DNA of 33,023 bases from a virus (taxonomy: Duplodnaviria; Caudoviricetes): the IMG/VR virus record IMGVR_UViG_3300025508_000085, positions 1-33,023 of that record, one strand, 5' to 3'. Shown here piece after piece: positions 8,755 through 18,435 of this stretch (positions are counted from its first letter, which is position 1; each line of letters begins with the position of its first letter). Position numbers and translations under genes: made by a program. Below the pieces are notes generated by a model that was given only the letters and a program-made list of their open reading frames with translations, did no database searches and was not told the DNA's origin.

Positions 8755-9462
8755 ATGGGATTTTTAAGAAAAAAAGCTAGGCAATTAAAAAAAGGAATTA
8801 AAAAACTTTTTAGTTCTTCTTTAGGTAGGATAGTGGGAGGTATTGCTCTCAGTATGATGTTTGGTCCTGTGGTTGATCGTATATTTCAAGGAGGTGCAAC
8901 TGCGGTTCCCGGCAAAGTAGCGGAAGAAGCCGGGAAAAAAGTTGTAGAAGAAGGTGCAAAAAAAGTAGCAGAAGAAGGTGCAAAAAAAGTAGCAGAAGAA
9001 GGTGCAAAGAAAGTAGTAGAAGAAGGTGCAAAGAACGTAGCAACTGACGCAATTGCATCAGATACTGTTACTGGAGCAGTAGAAAAAAACTTTATGCAAA
9101 AACTTGGTACTAATTTAAAAGAAGGTGCAATAGATATTGGAACAGGTATTAAAAATTTTGCAGTAGACCCTATTGGAAAAACTGGAGAATATTTAGGAGG
9201 TGGTAACTTTATTCCTGATGTTGCACAAGGTGTTTTAGGTTCAGTAGCAACTTCAGCAATTATCGGAGACCCTGAAGAACAATTTGTTAGTCGAGGTATT
9301 ATGCCACAACCAGTACAAGAACAAGCTCAAAATGCTTATGTACAAGCTGTACAAGCTCAAGTTCCTTCAATGCAAGGAATGAATTTTCAACAGATGAATC
9401 AAAGTTTATTATATGGAACATTATCTCCACAATATTTAATGTCACAACAACAATACGGTTAA
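8755..9462 (+). CDS. Putative virion protein (235 aa) with amphipathic/Gly-rich segments
   Basis: GGAGG upstream; basic N-terminus, hydrophobic segment LGRIVGGIALSMMFG, KKVAEEGA repeats. Confidence 0.55.
   Translation: MGFLRKKARQLKKGIKKLFSSSLGRIVGGIALSMMFGPVVDRIFQGGATAVPGKVAEEAGKKVVEEGAKKVAEEGAKKVAEEGAKKVVEEGAKNVATDAIASDTVTGAVEKNFMQKLGTNLKEGAIDIGTGIKNFAVDPIGKTGEYLGGGNFIPDVAQGVLGSVATSAIIGDPEEQFVSRGIMPQPVQEQAQNAYVQAVQAQVPSMQGMNFQQMNQSLLYGTLSPQYLMSQQQYG
8911..9042 (+). repeat. ~5.5 x 24-bp repeat encoding KKV(A/V)EEGA
   Basis: AAAAAAGTAGCAGAAGAAGGTGCA and its variants in tandem. Confidence 0.9.
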
Positions 9463-9471
9463 GGATACATT

Positions 9472-10068
9472 ATGGCAATATCAGAAAAAGCAATTAAATT
9501 TTTAGGAGATAGTTTAGATAAAGGTAGACCTGTACCGGGACAGTCTTTAACAAACTCTCCTCAAGAACCTTATAATTGGGAAAGACCACCTGAATTTACA
9601 AGTCCACGAGAAGCAATGTATAAAATATTTGATTCTTTGTTAGAAGAAGAAGCATTACTTAATACTCTATCAGCTTTAGACAACGGAGCAGGAGTTATAG
9701 ATATTGCATCGGTAGTATTGTATGCAGGTTTTATAGAGGGTAAGTGGAGTCCTGATTTAATGTTATTGTTGATGGAGCCAACCATGTATATGATTATTGC
9801 TCTGGCTCAAAAAGCAGACATTGATTTTAATTTAGATGCAGGAGACGATGAACAACCGGAAGAAATGAGTCCTGATACACAGCTATCAGAAATTAACAAA
9901 GGTGTTAAATCGTTACGAGAGCTACAACAAAAAGCAGCAGGACAGGTTAGTCCTATGTCTGTACCAAAAGAAGTAAAAGAAAGAATAGAAGAAACTGAAA
10001 TACCTCAAAGTTTATTAAGTAAAGTTTCAAAAAATCCACCTAAAAATTTATTAGGTAAAGAGGAATAA
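9472..10068 (+). CDS. Conserved hypothetical structural-region protein (198 aa)
   Basis: AAGGA RBS; motif RPVPGQSLT...PYNWERPPEF; co-linear in the operon. Confidence 0.55.
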   Translation: MAISEKAIKFLGDSLDKGRPVPGQSLTNSPQEPYNWERPPEFTSPREAMYKIFDSLLEEEALLNTLSALDNGAGVIDIASVVLYAGFIEGKWSPDLMLLLMEPTMYMIIALAQKADIDFNLDAGDDEQPEEMSPDTQLSEINKGVKSLRELQQKAAGQVSPMSVPKEVKERIEETEIPQSLLSKVSKNPPKNLLGKEE

Positions 10069-10070
10069 TT

Positions 10071-11771
10071 ATGGCAGATGATATATTTAAAGGTTTACTA
10101 GAAAGATCAAGCAGTCCCGGAACAAATTTTGGCGAGTTAGCTGGTGCTTATTTTTCTAGTCGTGGTAAAAAAAGTAATAGAGCTAGAAATGTATTGGTTG
10201 CTTCTTTGTTTTTTAACGCAGCAGAGCAAAGACGACAAGCAAATGTTATGCAAAAGTTACAAGATGTAGAAGATAGAAAACTTACAGAAATTGCAAATGC
10301 TCAATCTACTTATAAACAATACATGGATTTGTTAGCTAAAGATAAAGACATAAAAGAAAAAACAGCTACTCAATATTTTGATACTGTGGCAGAGGATTGG
10401 TTTAATAATCCTAATAATCACGATGCAGGATTTGATTCACGAGAATATGAAGATACTACAAGCCCCCTTTATAGATTAAAACAAAAAGAAAAAAACGAAT
10501 ATATAAACAAAATTTTATTACCTGAACATCAAGCAAGAATGTCTTCCATAGAAGGGTTAGATATAAAAAGTGAAGCGGATTTTCTAGCTCCAATTAAACA
10601 AGCATTTAAAGCAGAAAAAAGAAAAGTGGCTTCTCCACAAAATGTTAGTTTAGTTCATAAAGCTTTTAATAAATTAGGTATCGGTGATGATGAAAAATAT
10701 CAAACTGAATATAACGAAGCTAAAGCTGAGATGGATATCTTTAATCAAAAATTAGAGGGTTTAAATCCCGGAACTATTTATAGATTGAAAGATGAAAAGA
10801 CGGGTAAAGAACAGGTTTCTCCTGATATGATTGACACAGGCTATTCTATAAAGCTTGTAAATCCTTACGGTAATAAAGAGGTTAAGCTTACAGAAATTGA
10901 TAGACTTGGATTAAGTACAGAAGACCTCCAAGAAATTCCAACCTATAATGAGTTTGAGTTTAAAAATACACAAGAGTTTAAATCTTTACAAAGTCCTGTT
11001 GCTCGACAACTTGCGATACAATCGTTTAATGCTTTAGATGATAACCAAAAAACTGAAGATAATTTATTATCAGTTGTTGTAGCTGCTGCTGCAACAGACG
11101 TGTATCAACAACAACTAGCAACGTTTGAAGCAATTAAAAATCAAAATAAACCTACGATGCCACAAGGAATGAATGAAGATACTTTTAAAAAGTCTCAAGT
11201 TTATCAAGATTGGGAAAAGTCATATCAGCCCGGTGGAACACAGTACTATAAAGCTCGTCAACAAGCTGGACTACCTACTACTACACTTGACAAAGTAAGA
11301 GATGAAGTTCAAGATTTAATTTTATTTGATAAACAAGTTTTAGCAAAAGAAAAAACATTGAGTGAGAATACTAAACTATCTGACAAAGATAGAGAAACCC
11401 AACTACAATCATTTATAGATGAGAGAATTAATACTCACGTAGAAACTCACGCACAAAAGATTTTACAAGGTGGAGGAATAGATCAGTTCTTACAAGGCTA
11501 TATGCAATCATCTTTACAAAACTTAGATAGTTATTTACTTAGTAATCTAGGACAAGAACAAATTACTCAACTGGCTGCTACAAAAAATATTGCTCCTGCT
11601 GTCGCAGAACAACAAATTAGAAATATGAGAGTTTTTAATATTCTTCAAGGTCAACAAGCTTATAAATTAATCTTTGAAAAGTATGCACAAAGTGGTGGTG
11701 TTACAGACATTGATTTAGATGCTTTTAAAGAAGATTTAGGTGATATTGAAGTAATTATGGACATAGACTAA
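10071..11771 (+). CDS. Putative internal virion protein (566 aa, helical)
   Basis: GAGGA RBS; long K/E/Q-rich ORF immediately upstream of the giant gene, as in podovirus core-protein clusters. Confidence 0.5.
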   Translation: MADDIFKGLLERSSSPGTNFGELAGAYFSSRGKKSNRARNVLVASLFFNAAEQRRQANVMQKLQDVEDRKLTEIANAQSTYKQYMDLLAKDKDIKEKTATQYFDTVAEDWFNNPNNHDAGFDSREYEDTTSPLYRLKQKEKNEYINKILLPEHQARMSSIEGLDIKSEADFLAPIKQAFKAEKRKVASPQNVSLVHKAFNKLGIGDDEKYQTEYNEAKAEMDIFNQKLEGLNPGTIYRLKDEKTGKEQVSPDMIDTGYSIKLVNPYGNKEVKLTEIDRLGLSTEDLQEIPTYNEFEFKNTQEFKSLQSPVARQLAIQSFNALDDNQKTEDNLLSVVVAAAATDVYQQQLATFEAIKNQNKPTMPQGMNEDTFKKSQVYQDWEKSYQPGGTQYYKARQQAGLPTTTLDKVRDEVQDLILFDKQVLAKEKTLSENTKLSDKDRETQLQSFIDERINTHVETHAQKILQGGGIDQFLQGYMQSSLQNLDSYLLSNLGQEQITQLAATKNIAPAVAEQQIRNMRVFNILQGQQAYKLIFEKYAQSGGVTDIDLDAFKEDLGDIEVIMDID

Positions 11772-11785
11772 TATAGGAGTCTTAT

Positions 11786-14700
11786 ATGGCATCTCGCCTA
11801 GAATTAATCAGAAACCAAATAAAAGAAAATAATCCTAATTCAGGACTACTTGCTATGTCCGACCAACAGCTTGTAGGGTATCTTCACACAAATAAATATT
11901 CTGATAAAACATATAATGAGTTACAGCAACATTTATTAGGTAATATTAAACAAGATAAAGATGAAGAAATAGAAAACCCATATCAACAAGGGTGGGGTCA
12001 AAAAGTTTATCAATCTTTATTAGGTCCTGTTGGAACTTTATTACCAATAGCTCCAAAAGAAGTCAGACGTTCTCTTGGTGGGATACCTCAAAATTTAGCT
12101 GAAGGAACATCTGATTTATTTGATTTTTTAAAACTAAAAGACAAGACACCTGATGTTATAAAGAAAGGTGCACAGGAATTTGTAAACTTTACAAGCACTG
12201 CACTTGTTGGTCCAGAGTTAATGTCTGAAGGAAAGGTTGAAGAGCCTACAACTATAACAGGCTCGTTGGTTAAAGAGTTAGGAACTTTTGCTATTCCATA
12301 TGCTGGTAGTATGAAGCTACTAGGAGCAGGTCAAAAAGTATTAGAAGCTAGAAAAATTAATAAGTTGCAAAAAGCTTATAAAGATTCTAGAATTGTACGT
12401 CTTAAACCTAGATTCCCTAAAACATTAGCAGCTACAAAACTGTTAGCAAGTGGAGAGATAGCTTCACAATGGGTTATAAAACCGGAAGATGCTATTATGG
12501 GTCAGTTCTTAGGACAAATTGTTGGTGATGATAACGAACAACTTTCAGAACTACTTGATTTTGTTACTGCTGATAAAGATAAAACAGAGGGCGAAAATAG
12601 AATAGCTTTATTGTTTGATGGTTTATTTATGACTGGGGTTATTGGTGGTGTATTAAAGCTAGGTGGTTTAACATTTAGGTCTGGTAGAGAAATGTTTAAC
12701 TATTTTAAAAATGTTAAAAACTCTGCTACTCCCGAACAAAAAGAAACAATTGTAGAAACTATTAAAGAAGCTTCGGCAACTCCAAAGGCAAACAAAACCC
12801 CAAAACAACTTAAAAAACCGGGTGGTGATGAAACTCCTGTTAAGCTCTGGTCAGAAAGTTCTAATTCTTTTTTACGTGGTTTATCTCAAGCAGGAACTGT
12901 TACCAAAGATTTATTTTTTTCAGCTAGAGGATTTTTTAATCCTGAAGCATTTGCGTTATTTAATAAAAGTAAAGATGCTAAACTGGCGTGGGCAAGTAAA
13001 GGTGAGCAGTTAATGACCACAATGGAAAGACAAATTAGAACATTGGCAAAAGAAGGTAGGTGGTTTAGAGTAAATAAACAAGCCGAGAAAGAAGCAAACG
13101 CTGTGCTTGATGGATATTTACAAGGCTCGGTAAAATTAAAAGATTTACCTGAGTCAATGCAGTCTACTGCAAAAGAAATGAGAGATACGGTAGATGAATT
13201 GTCTAGGTTTTTATCTCAAAGTAAAGTGGTAGACCCTGAACTTAGAAAAGAAATTGTAGAAAATATAGGTTCTTATCTTAGAAAAACTTATAAAAAATTT
13301 GAAAATCCAGACTGGAGACCATCACAAGAAGTTATTGATAGGGCTGAAAATTTTATCTATGGTAAATTAAAAAGTACTAAATTAAGCAGAAGCAAAGGTA
13401 AAACGGATAAAGCATTACGTGAAGAAGCAAAAGCTGAAGTTAAAAATTTATTAAGCAACGCAAAATATAGTAAAAACTTTTTTGATTTTACGGATATTAT
13501 ATATGGTGCTAAAGACGGTAAAAAATTATTTAGAGAACGTCAAAAAATTGCACAGCCTATTCGAGATTTATTAGGAGAAGAAAATAATCCAAGTACAAGG
13601 GTATTTAGTACGATAAGAACTTTGTCAGAATATTTATATGACAGAAATTTAATGGAAAAATATTATAGACTTGGAAACAATAAATTCTTTTTTGAGAATC
13701 CAACCGGAAACTACAGAAGAATAATTGAGGGAAAACAATTTGGTCCTTTAGATGGTATGCATACAGATACTAAGACATACGCAACTTTAGTAAAACCACT
13801 TCAAACAAATATTAATAAATCTTTTTTTGATAATGTAGTAGGAGAATCGGTTTTAGGAGTGGCTAAATTAGCATTTGCTGCAAAAGGGTTTGCTCAGTCT
13901 GCAGCAACAGTTATTAATAATATTACCCACGAAAGAAACTTATTTGGTAGTGCTAAAATACTTTTAAATAATGGTATCAATCCATTAAGTAAAGAAACAT
14001 GGGAATCTGTAAGAACAGTAACTACTAAAATTAGAGGGTCTGGACAAAAAGAATATCAAGAGTTATATAATAAATATTTAAGGCTTGGGATTGTAAATCA
14101 AAATGCTCGTCTTGGAGATTTAAGATTGTTAATGCAGTCTGCTTCTAAAACAAACGCAGGTAGTTGGTTAAATCAATATAATCCATTTAAAAAGATTTAT
14201 AAAAAGCTAGAAGATATTTATGTGGCAGAAGACGATATCTGGAAAATTGTAGCGTTTGAAAAAGAATTAAAAACCTTACAACGAGCTTATCCTAATAAAG
14301 GAATTGCAGAGCTAGAAGACATGGCAGCAAAAATTGTTAGAAATACAATGCCAACGTATGATATGATTCCTACTGGAATTAAAGCACTAAGATATTCTCC
14401 ATATGGTAACTTCTTTTCGTTTCATGTTGAAAGATTTAGAAATATATTTCACACTTATAGACAAGGATTTGCAGAATTAAACAGTGGTAATAAAGTTTTA
14501 CAACAAAGAGGAGCTTTAAGACTTGGTTCTCAAACTACGTTAGGTACAGGTGTAGGAGCTTCTGCTGCAGATTATGTAACTGGAAATATGTCTGGACTAA
14601 GTGAAGAAGAAAGATATCATATTAAAGAAGTCAGTAAGCAAGAATACAACGGTGATCGTTGGATTTGGGACATGAACAAAAATGGTAAAATAGTTTGGGC

Positions 14701-17485
14701 AGATTTAAAATTTAATGACCCAGATGCTCCTGTAAGTGAAACCATTGTGTATCCTATTTATGATGCTATATTTGGCAAAGGCGAATTAGACCAAAGAGAG
14801 TTTGATGAGAGACTAGGACAGGCTTTTGCATCTTCTTTAAAAGAATTTTTTGAACCATTAACTACTGAAACATTATTATCAGAAGCTCTTATTGATAAAT
14901 TTTTAAGAAATGGTACAACAGAAGATGGACAATACATAGATGATTACATTGTGTCTGAGTCTCCTGATTTTGAAATCTATGCAAATAATCAAATTGCATC
15001 TTGGAAACACATTGCTGAAAAACTTTACAAAGTTGGAGCATACAAAAACTTAGAACGCTACGCAAAAGCTAAATCTGGCGATAAGGATATTTATGGTGTT
15101 GGTTATGATTTAAGTTCTGAAAAACTAGCAAACTTTACAGGGTTTAGATTTAATGTTATTGATGATAAACGACTTCTTAAAAGTTTACACATGGCATTGT
15201 TTAAATTTAATAGAGAAAGAAGTAATGCTACTACCGTAATGTATACGGATATAAAGAAAAAAGAAACAACCGTACAAGACTTTGTAAATAATTATACATT
15301 AGCAAACAAAATGTATTACAAACAATATGTAAAAACTAAAAATAAATTACATAGTTTACAAGAGCTAATGGAGTTTGATAACCTGAGAGAAAAAGAAGGT
15401 AAAGAAAAAATTTATAATCTTAACCAATCTAAAATTGATTTAGTTGTTAACGAAAGAATACAATCTTCTATAGTGGAAGATGATTTTAAAATCTTTACTC
15501 CTCAAATAGATTACTTTAAACCTATTGAACCGTCAACAGAAAAGATTGATGAGTTTATGCAGATGCATCCTGATGTAAATAGATCAGAGCTAAAAAATAT
15601 ATTAAAACAAATTTCAAATGATTTTAGAAAACTGCCCTTATTAGAGTTAAAAGAAGATTATAACGATGATCAATTAGAAGTAATTGAAAGACTTGGTTTG
15701 GCTAAAGGTGGTTTTGTTAAAGGACCAGATGTTGTTCCGTTTACTAAAGAAGACCCGGCTGATAGGATTAATCCACTAACAGGATTAAGTTATGACGAAG
15801 AAGCAGAAAGAAAACAGTTTGCTGAAGGTGGGGCTATTGAGTTTAGAAATAATCAAGAGTCTGCTAGAATGATGAAAAATATTGCAAAGGCTTTTCCATC
15901 AATAGAAAATCAACAATCCTTTATACAAAATATTTCTAAAACATTAGGTAAAAATGTAAAGAGTTTAGATAATAAAAGTTTGGCTTTAGTTACTGCAAGA
16001 ATACTAGATACATTCTATCCTGCACAAGATAACAGAAATAATAATATGTTAAAGTCTTTTAGCTTTGGTGATTATTCAAATCAACGAGAAAAAGTTTTAA
16101 AATATAATGAAACGGTTGCTATTAAAAGAATAAATAATTACTTTGAAAAACAAAAGAATCTTCAAGCACCGGGTTGGAATCCTACTAAAACTGCAGAATT
16201 ACTATCAGGTAGAGATACATATAGTGTAGGCGGTATTGTTTTAAGAAAAGTTATGCAGTTAAAAGCAGCAGGTAAAGATGTAGAATATGACCCATCGGCA
16301 GCACAGAAAACACAGATAGCTACAACAGGTGGTACCTATGAAAAAGCTTCTAAAATAATGGATGATTATAATGCATATGATTCATTAGATTATGGTTCAG
16401 GCATACAAATTAATCAAGCTAGACAAGTTTTAAAAGCTGATACATACGAACCATATCCACAATTAGATAAGGCTAACAAGTATGGTACTCCAGACTTTGT
16501 AGAACCGGAAGAAATTACACGTAAGTATAATTTTATTACTAACTTCTCAGTGTTAAATGTATTACCAAAACTAGATAGAGATAAAGCTGTTAAACATATT
16601 GGCTCGTTGTTACAAGATAATGGTGTTGCTGTTATAACTGTACGGTCAAAAGATGATGTATTAAAAGCTTTACCCAATGCAAAGAAACAATTATCTGATT
16701 CAGAATTAATTACAGCAAGAGGTACATATCAAAAAGGTTTTACTCGTGATGAGCTTAAAAAATATTTAAGTGAAACTCTTGGTAAAGGTTATGAAGTAAT
16801 GGACTTGCCTAACAAATATAAAATGTCAGGTGTAGGTGTCCTTATAAAAAAATCTCCAAGAAGTAAATTTTCTGAAGGTGGCAAGGTTTCTACCAACGAA
16901 CAAATGGAGAGGTTAGGTTTTAAACATGGTGGTCCACATAGTGCTGCTGAAACTATATTACAAACAGTAGCAAAAAAACGAGGATGGACACCTGAACAAA
17001 CAAATTTATTTAGACAATTTGCAGACGATGTAGGATGGGTCGAAGCTGATAGTATACCAACTCGTACACAAAACGATGATCCTAAAGGAATAGGTCGTGG
17101 TAAATATCAAGTTGAAATGGATAGTTTAAGAAAAGAAGCTGCTAAAAATAATCCAGAGGAATATAAAAGATATAAAGACTTAACTGGTTCTAGTTCAGTA
17201 TATGTAAATAGGTATAAAAATTATAAAGCAAAAAATAATCTACCATTAACAAAAGACGAAATAGAACTATTTAAAAATAAAGATTTAGATTTTTCTCAAA
17301 TACCAGAAGATTTACAGGATGCAATGTTTTATACAGATAAATTACAAAAACCAAATTTTGCTGTAGATGATTTAGTCACAGGAAAAATAAGTTCGAATGA
17401 TGCGTGGTATAACTATCATTATGCTGGAAAAGATGAATCAAAAAGAAATTTATTTAATGAACGACTAGCTATGAGACCACAATAA
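11786..17485 (+). CDS. Giant internal virion / ejection protein (1899 aa) with C-terminal SAM-methyltransferase and lysozyme-like modules
   Basis: AGGAG RBS; helical body with EDDIWKIVAFEKE...AAKIVRNTMPTY...PYGNFFSF; LDYGSG...SVLNV...GTYQKGF methyltransferase segment; VEAD...GRGKYQ...DFS...QD muramidase-like segment. Confidence 0.7.
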   Translation: MASRLELIRNQIKENNPNSGLLAMSDQQLVGYLHTNKYSDKTYNELQQHLLGNIKQDKDEEIENPYQQGWGQKVYQSLLGPVGTLLPIAPKEVRRSLGGIPQNLAEGTSDLFDFLKLKDKTPDVIKKGAQEFVNFTSTALVGPELMSEGKVEEPTTITGSLVKELGTFAIPYAGSMKLLGAGQKVLEARKINKLQKAYKDSRIVRLKPRFPKTLAATKLLASGEIASQWVIKPEDAIMGQFLGQIVGDDNEQLSELLDFVTADKDKTEGENRIALLFDGLFMTGVIGGVLKLGGLTFRSGREMFNYFKNVKNSATPEQKETIVETIKEASATPKANKTPKQLKKPGGDETPVKLWSESSNSFLRGLSQAGTVTKDLFFSARGFFNPEAFALFNKSKDAKLAWASKGEQLMTTMERQIRTLAKEGRWFRVNKQAEKEANAVLDGYLQGSVKLKDLPESMQSTAKEMRDTVDELSRFLSQSKVVDPELRKEIVENIGSYLRKTYKKFENPDWRPSQEVIDRAENFIYGKLKSTKLSRSKGKTDKALREEAKAEVKNLLSNAKYSKNFFDFTDIIYGAKDGKKLFRERQKIAQPIRDLLGEENNPSTRVFSTIRTLSEYLYDRNLMEKYYRLGNNKFFFENPTGNYRRIIEGKQFGPLDGMHTDTKTYATLVKPLQTNINKSFFDNVVGESVLGVAKLAFAAKGFAQSAATVINNITHERNLFGSAKILLNNGINPLSKETWESVRTVTTKIRGSGQKEYQELYNKYLRLGIVNQNARLGDLRLLMQSASKTNAGSWLNQYNPFKKIYKKLEDIYVAEDDIWKIVAFEKELKTLQRAYPNKGIAELEDMAAKIVRNTMPTYDMIPTGIKALRYSPYGNFFSFHVERFRNIFHTYRQGFAELNSGNKVLQQRGALRLGSQTTLGTGVGASAADYVTGNMSGLSEEERYHIKEVSKQEYNGDRWIWDMNKNGKIVWADLKFNDPDAPVSETIVYPIYDAIFGKGELDQREFDERLGQAFASSLKEFFEPLTTETLLSEALIDKFLRNGTTEDGQYIDDYIVSESPDFEIYANNQIASWKHIAEKLYKVGAYKNLERYAKAKSGDKDIYGVGYDLSSEKLANFTGFRFNVIDDKRLLKSLHMALFKFNRERSNATTVMYTDIKKKETTVQDFVNNYTLANKMYYKQYVKTKNKLHSLQELMEFDNLREKEGKEKIYNLNQSKIDLVVNERIQSSIVEDDFKIFTPQIDYFKPIEPSTEKIDEFMQMHPDVNRSELKNILKQISNDFRKLPLLELKEDYNDDQLEVIERLGLAKGGFVKGPDVVPFTKEDPADRINPLTGLSYDEEAERKQFAEGGAIEFRNNQESARMMKNIAKAFPSIENQQSFIQNISKTLGKNVKSLDNKSLALVTARILDTFYPAQDNRNNNMLKSFSFGDYSNQREKVLKYNETVAIKRINNYFEKQKNLQAPGWNPTKTAELLSGRDTYSVGGIVLRKVMQLKAAGKDVEYDPSAAQKTQIATTGGTYEKASKIMDDYNAYDSLDYGSGIQINQARQVLKADTYEPYPQLDKANKYGTPDFVEPEEITRKYNFITNFSVLNVLPKLDRDKAVKHIGSLLQDNGVAVITVRSKDDVLKALPNAKKQLSDSELITARGTYQKGFTRDELKKYLSETLGKGYEVMDLPNKYKMSGVGVLIKKSPRSKFSEGGKVSTNEQMERLGFKHGGPHSAAETILQTVAKKRGWTPEQTNLFRQFADDVGWVEADSIPTRTQNDDPKGIGRGKYQVEMDSLRKEAAKNNPEEYKRYKDLTGSSSVYVNRYKNYKAKNNLPLTKDEIELFKNKDLDFSQIPEDLQDAMFYTDKLQKPNFAVDDLVTGKISSNDAWYNYHYAGKDESKRNLFNERLAMRPQ

Positions 17486-17634
17486 TGCTACTTTACACAG
17501 AGAAACAATTAGGCATAGCCTATAACATTTATAGAATGCACCAGATTGGACAAGGGCTAAGTTTTATGGAGTTAGAAAACTTTAGAAGACTTTACGAAGA
17601 ACTATTAGAAGAGGTATATGATGTTCCCATTTGA
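17485..17634 (+). CDS. Small hypothetical protein (49 aa, MLLYTEKQLGIAYNIYRMHQ...), not in the ORF track
   Basis: TAATG coupling to the giant gene; fills the gap exactly and overlaps the start of the next gene. Confidence 0.65.
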   Translation: MLLYTEKQLGIAYNIYRMHQIGQGLSFMELENFRRLYEELLEEVYDVPI

Positions 17635-18052
17635 AATTATAACTATGTTAGGTTCTACTCTATTGAGTAGTGTATTAAGCTTATGGTCTCAGCGTATGAA
17701 GGCTAAACAAGATGAGCAGAAGATGTTAATTACTCGTGGCGAGTTTCAACTCAAAGCTGTAGAGTCTGCACGTAACGTACAAGACAAAGGATTCCAGTGG
17801 ACAAGACGTATTATTGCTCTATCATCTGTCTTTGCAATCGTTATACTACCTAAACTGGTAGCAGTATATTATCCAGATGTTGATGTAACAGTAGGATATA
17901 CACTATTTCATCCGGGCTTTTTATTCTTTACAGACGGTAGAGAAGTATTTGAATGGATAACTTTTCAAGGCTTGGTAATAACACAACTAGATACAAACCT
18001 TGTATCAGCAATCATAGGTATGTACTTTGGTGGCAGCCTAGTTAAAAAATAA
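17618..18052 (+). CDS. Holin-like membrane protein (resembles 3-TM GTA-type holins)
   Basis: GAGG RBS; hydrophobic N-terminus, WTRRIIAL + TM segment, C-terminal SAIIGMYFGGS. Confidence 0.55.
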   Translation: MMFPFEIITMLGSTLLSSVLSLWSQRMKAKQDEQKMLITRGEFQLKAVESARNVQDKGFQWTRRIIALSSVFAIVILPKLVAVYYPDVDVTVGYTLFHPGFLFFTDGREVFEWITFQGLVITQLDTNLVSAIIGMYFGGSLVKK

Positions 18053-18061
18053 GAGGGCATT

Positions 18062-18427
18062 ATGCAACAGAATAATATGGGTGGCTTTAGTGGCGACATG
18101 GATAGGAACGAGGTCGAGATAGACCTTAATAAGTTTATGGAGTTGCTGCAAGAGAAGTCAGCACTAAAAGATAGGATAAGAGAGTTAGAGGATATCAAGA
18201 ACGATAACCCTTATCAAAAACTTATATTTGTAGCACAAGCTGTGGATAGTTGGAGAATAATACCTAGAGCTTTTTTAAGTGTGTATATGTTTTTATTATA
18301 CTATACAACTTTTTGGTTCATGGATATTGTTGACCCAACAATGGAACAATCAGGATTCATATCAGTAGTAGTTGGAGCAGGTGCTGCATGGTTTGGATTA
18401 TACACATCAACATCAAAAACTAAATAG
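18062..18427 (+). CDS. Two-TM membrane protein with N-terminal coiled coil (holin-like)
   Basis: AVDSWRIIPRAFLSVYMFLLYY and FISVVVGAGAAWFGLY hydrophobic helices. Confidence 0.55.
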   Translation: MQQNNMGGFSGDMDRNEVEIDLNKFMELLQEKSALKDRIRELEDIKNDNPYQKLIFVAQAVDSWRIIPRAFLSVYMFLLYYTTFWFMDIVDPTMEQSGFISVVVGAGAAWFGLYTSTSKTK

Positions 18428-18435
18428 GAGATAAC

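Noticed and set aside
8820-11700. Other GG dipeptides (RIFQGG, RIVGG, KSYQPGG, KYAQSGG) as further copies of the di-glycine motif
   Set aside because: They do not match the R-x-x-[FYL]-x-x-G-G spacing.
11786-15688. Giant protein as a virion RNA polymerase
   Set aside because: I found no DxDGD/DFDxD or single-subunit RNAP motifs; a profile search would be needed to exclude it fully.
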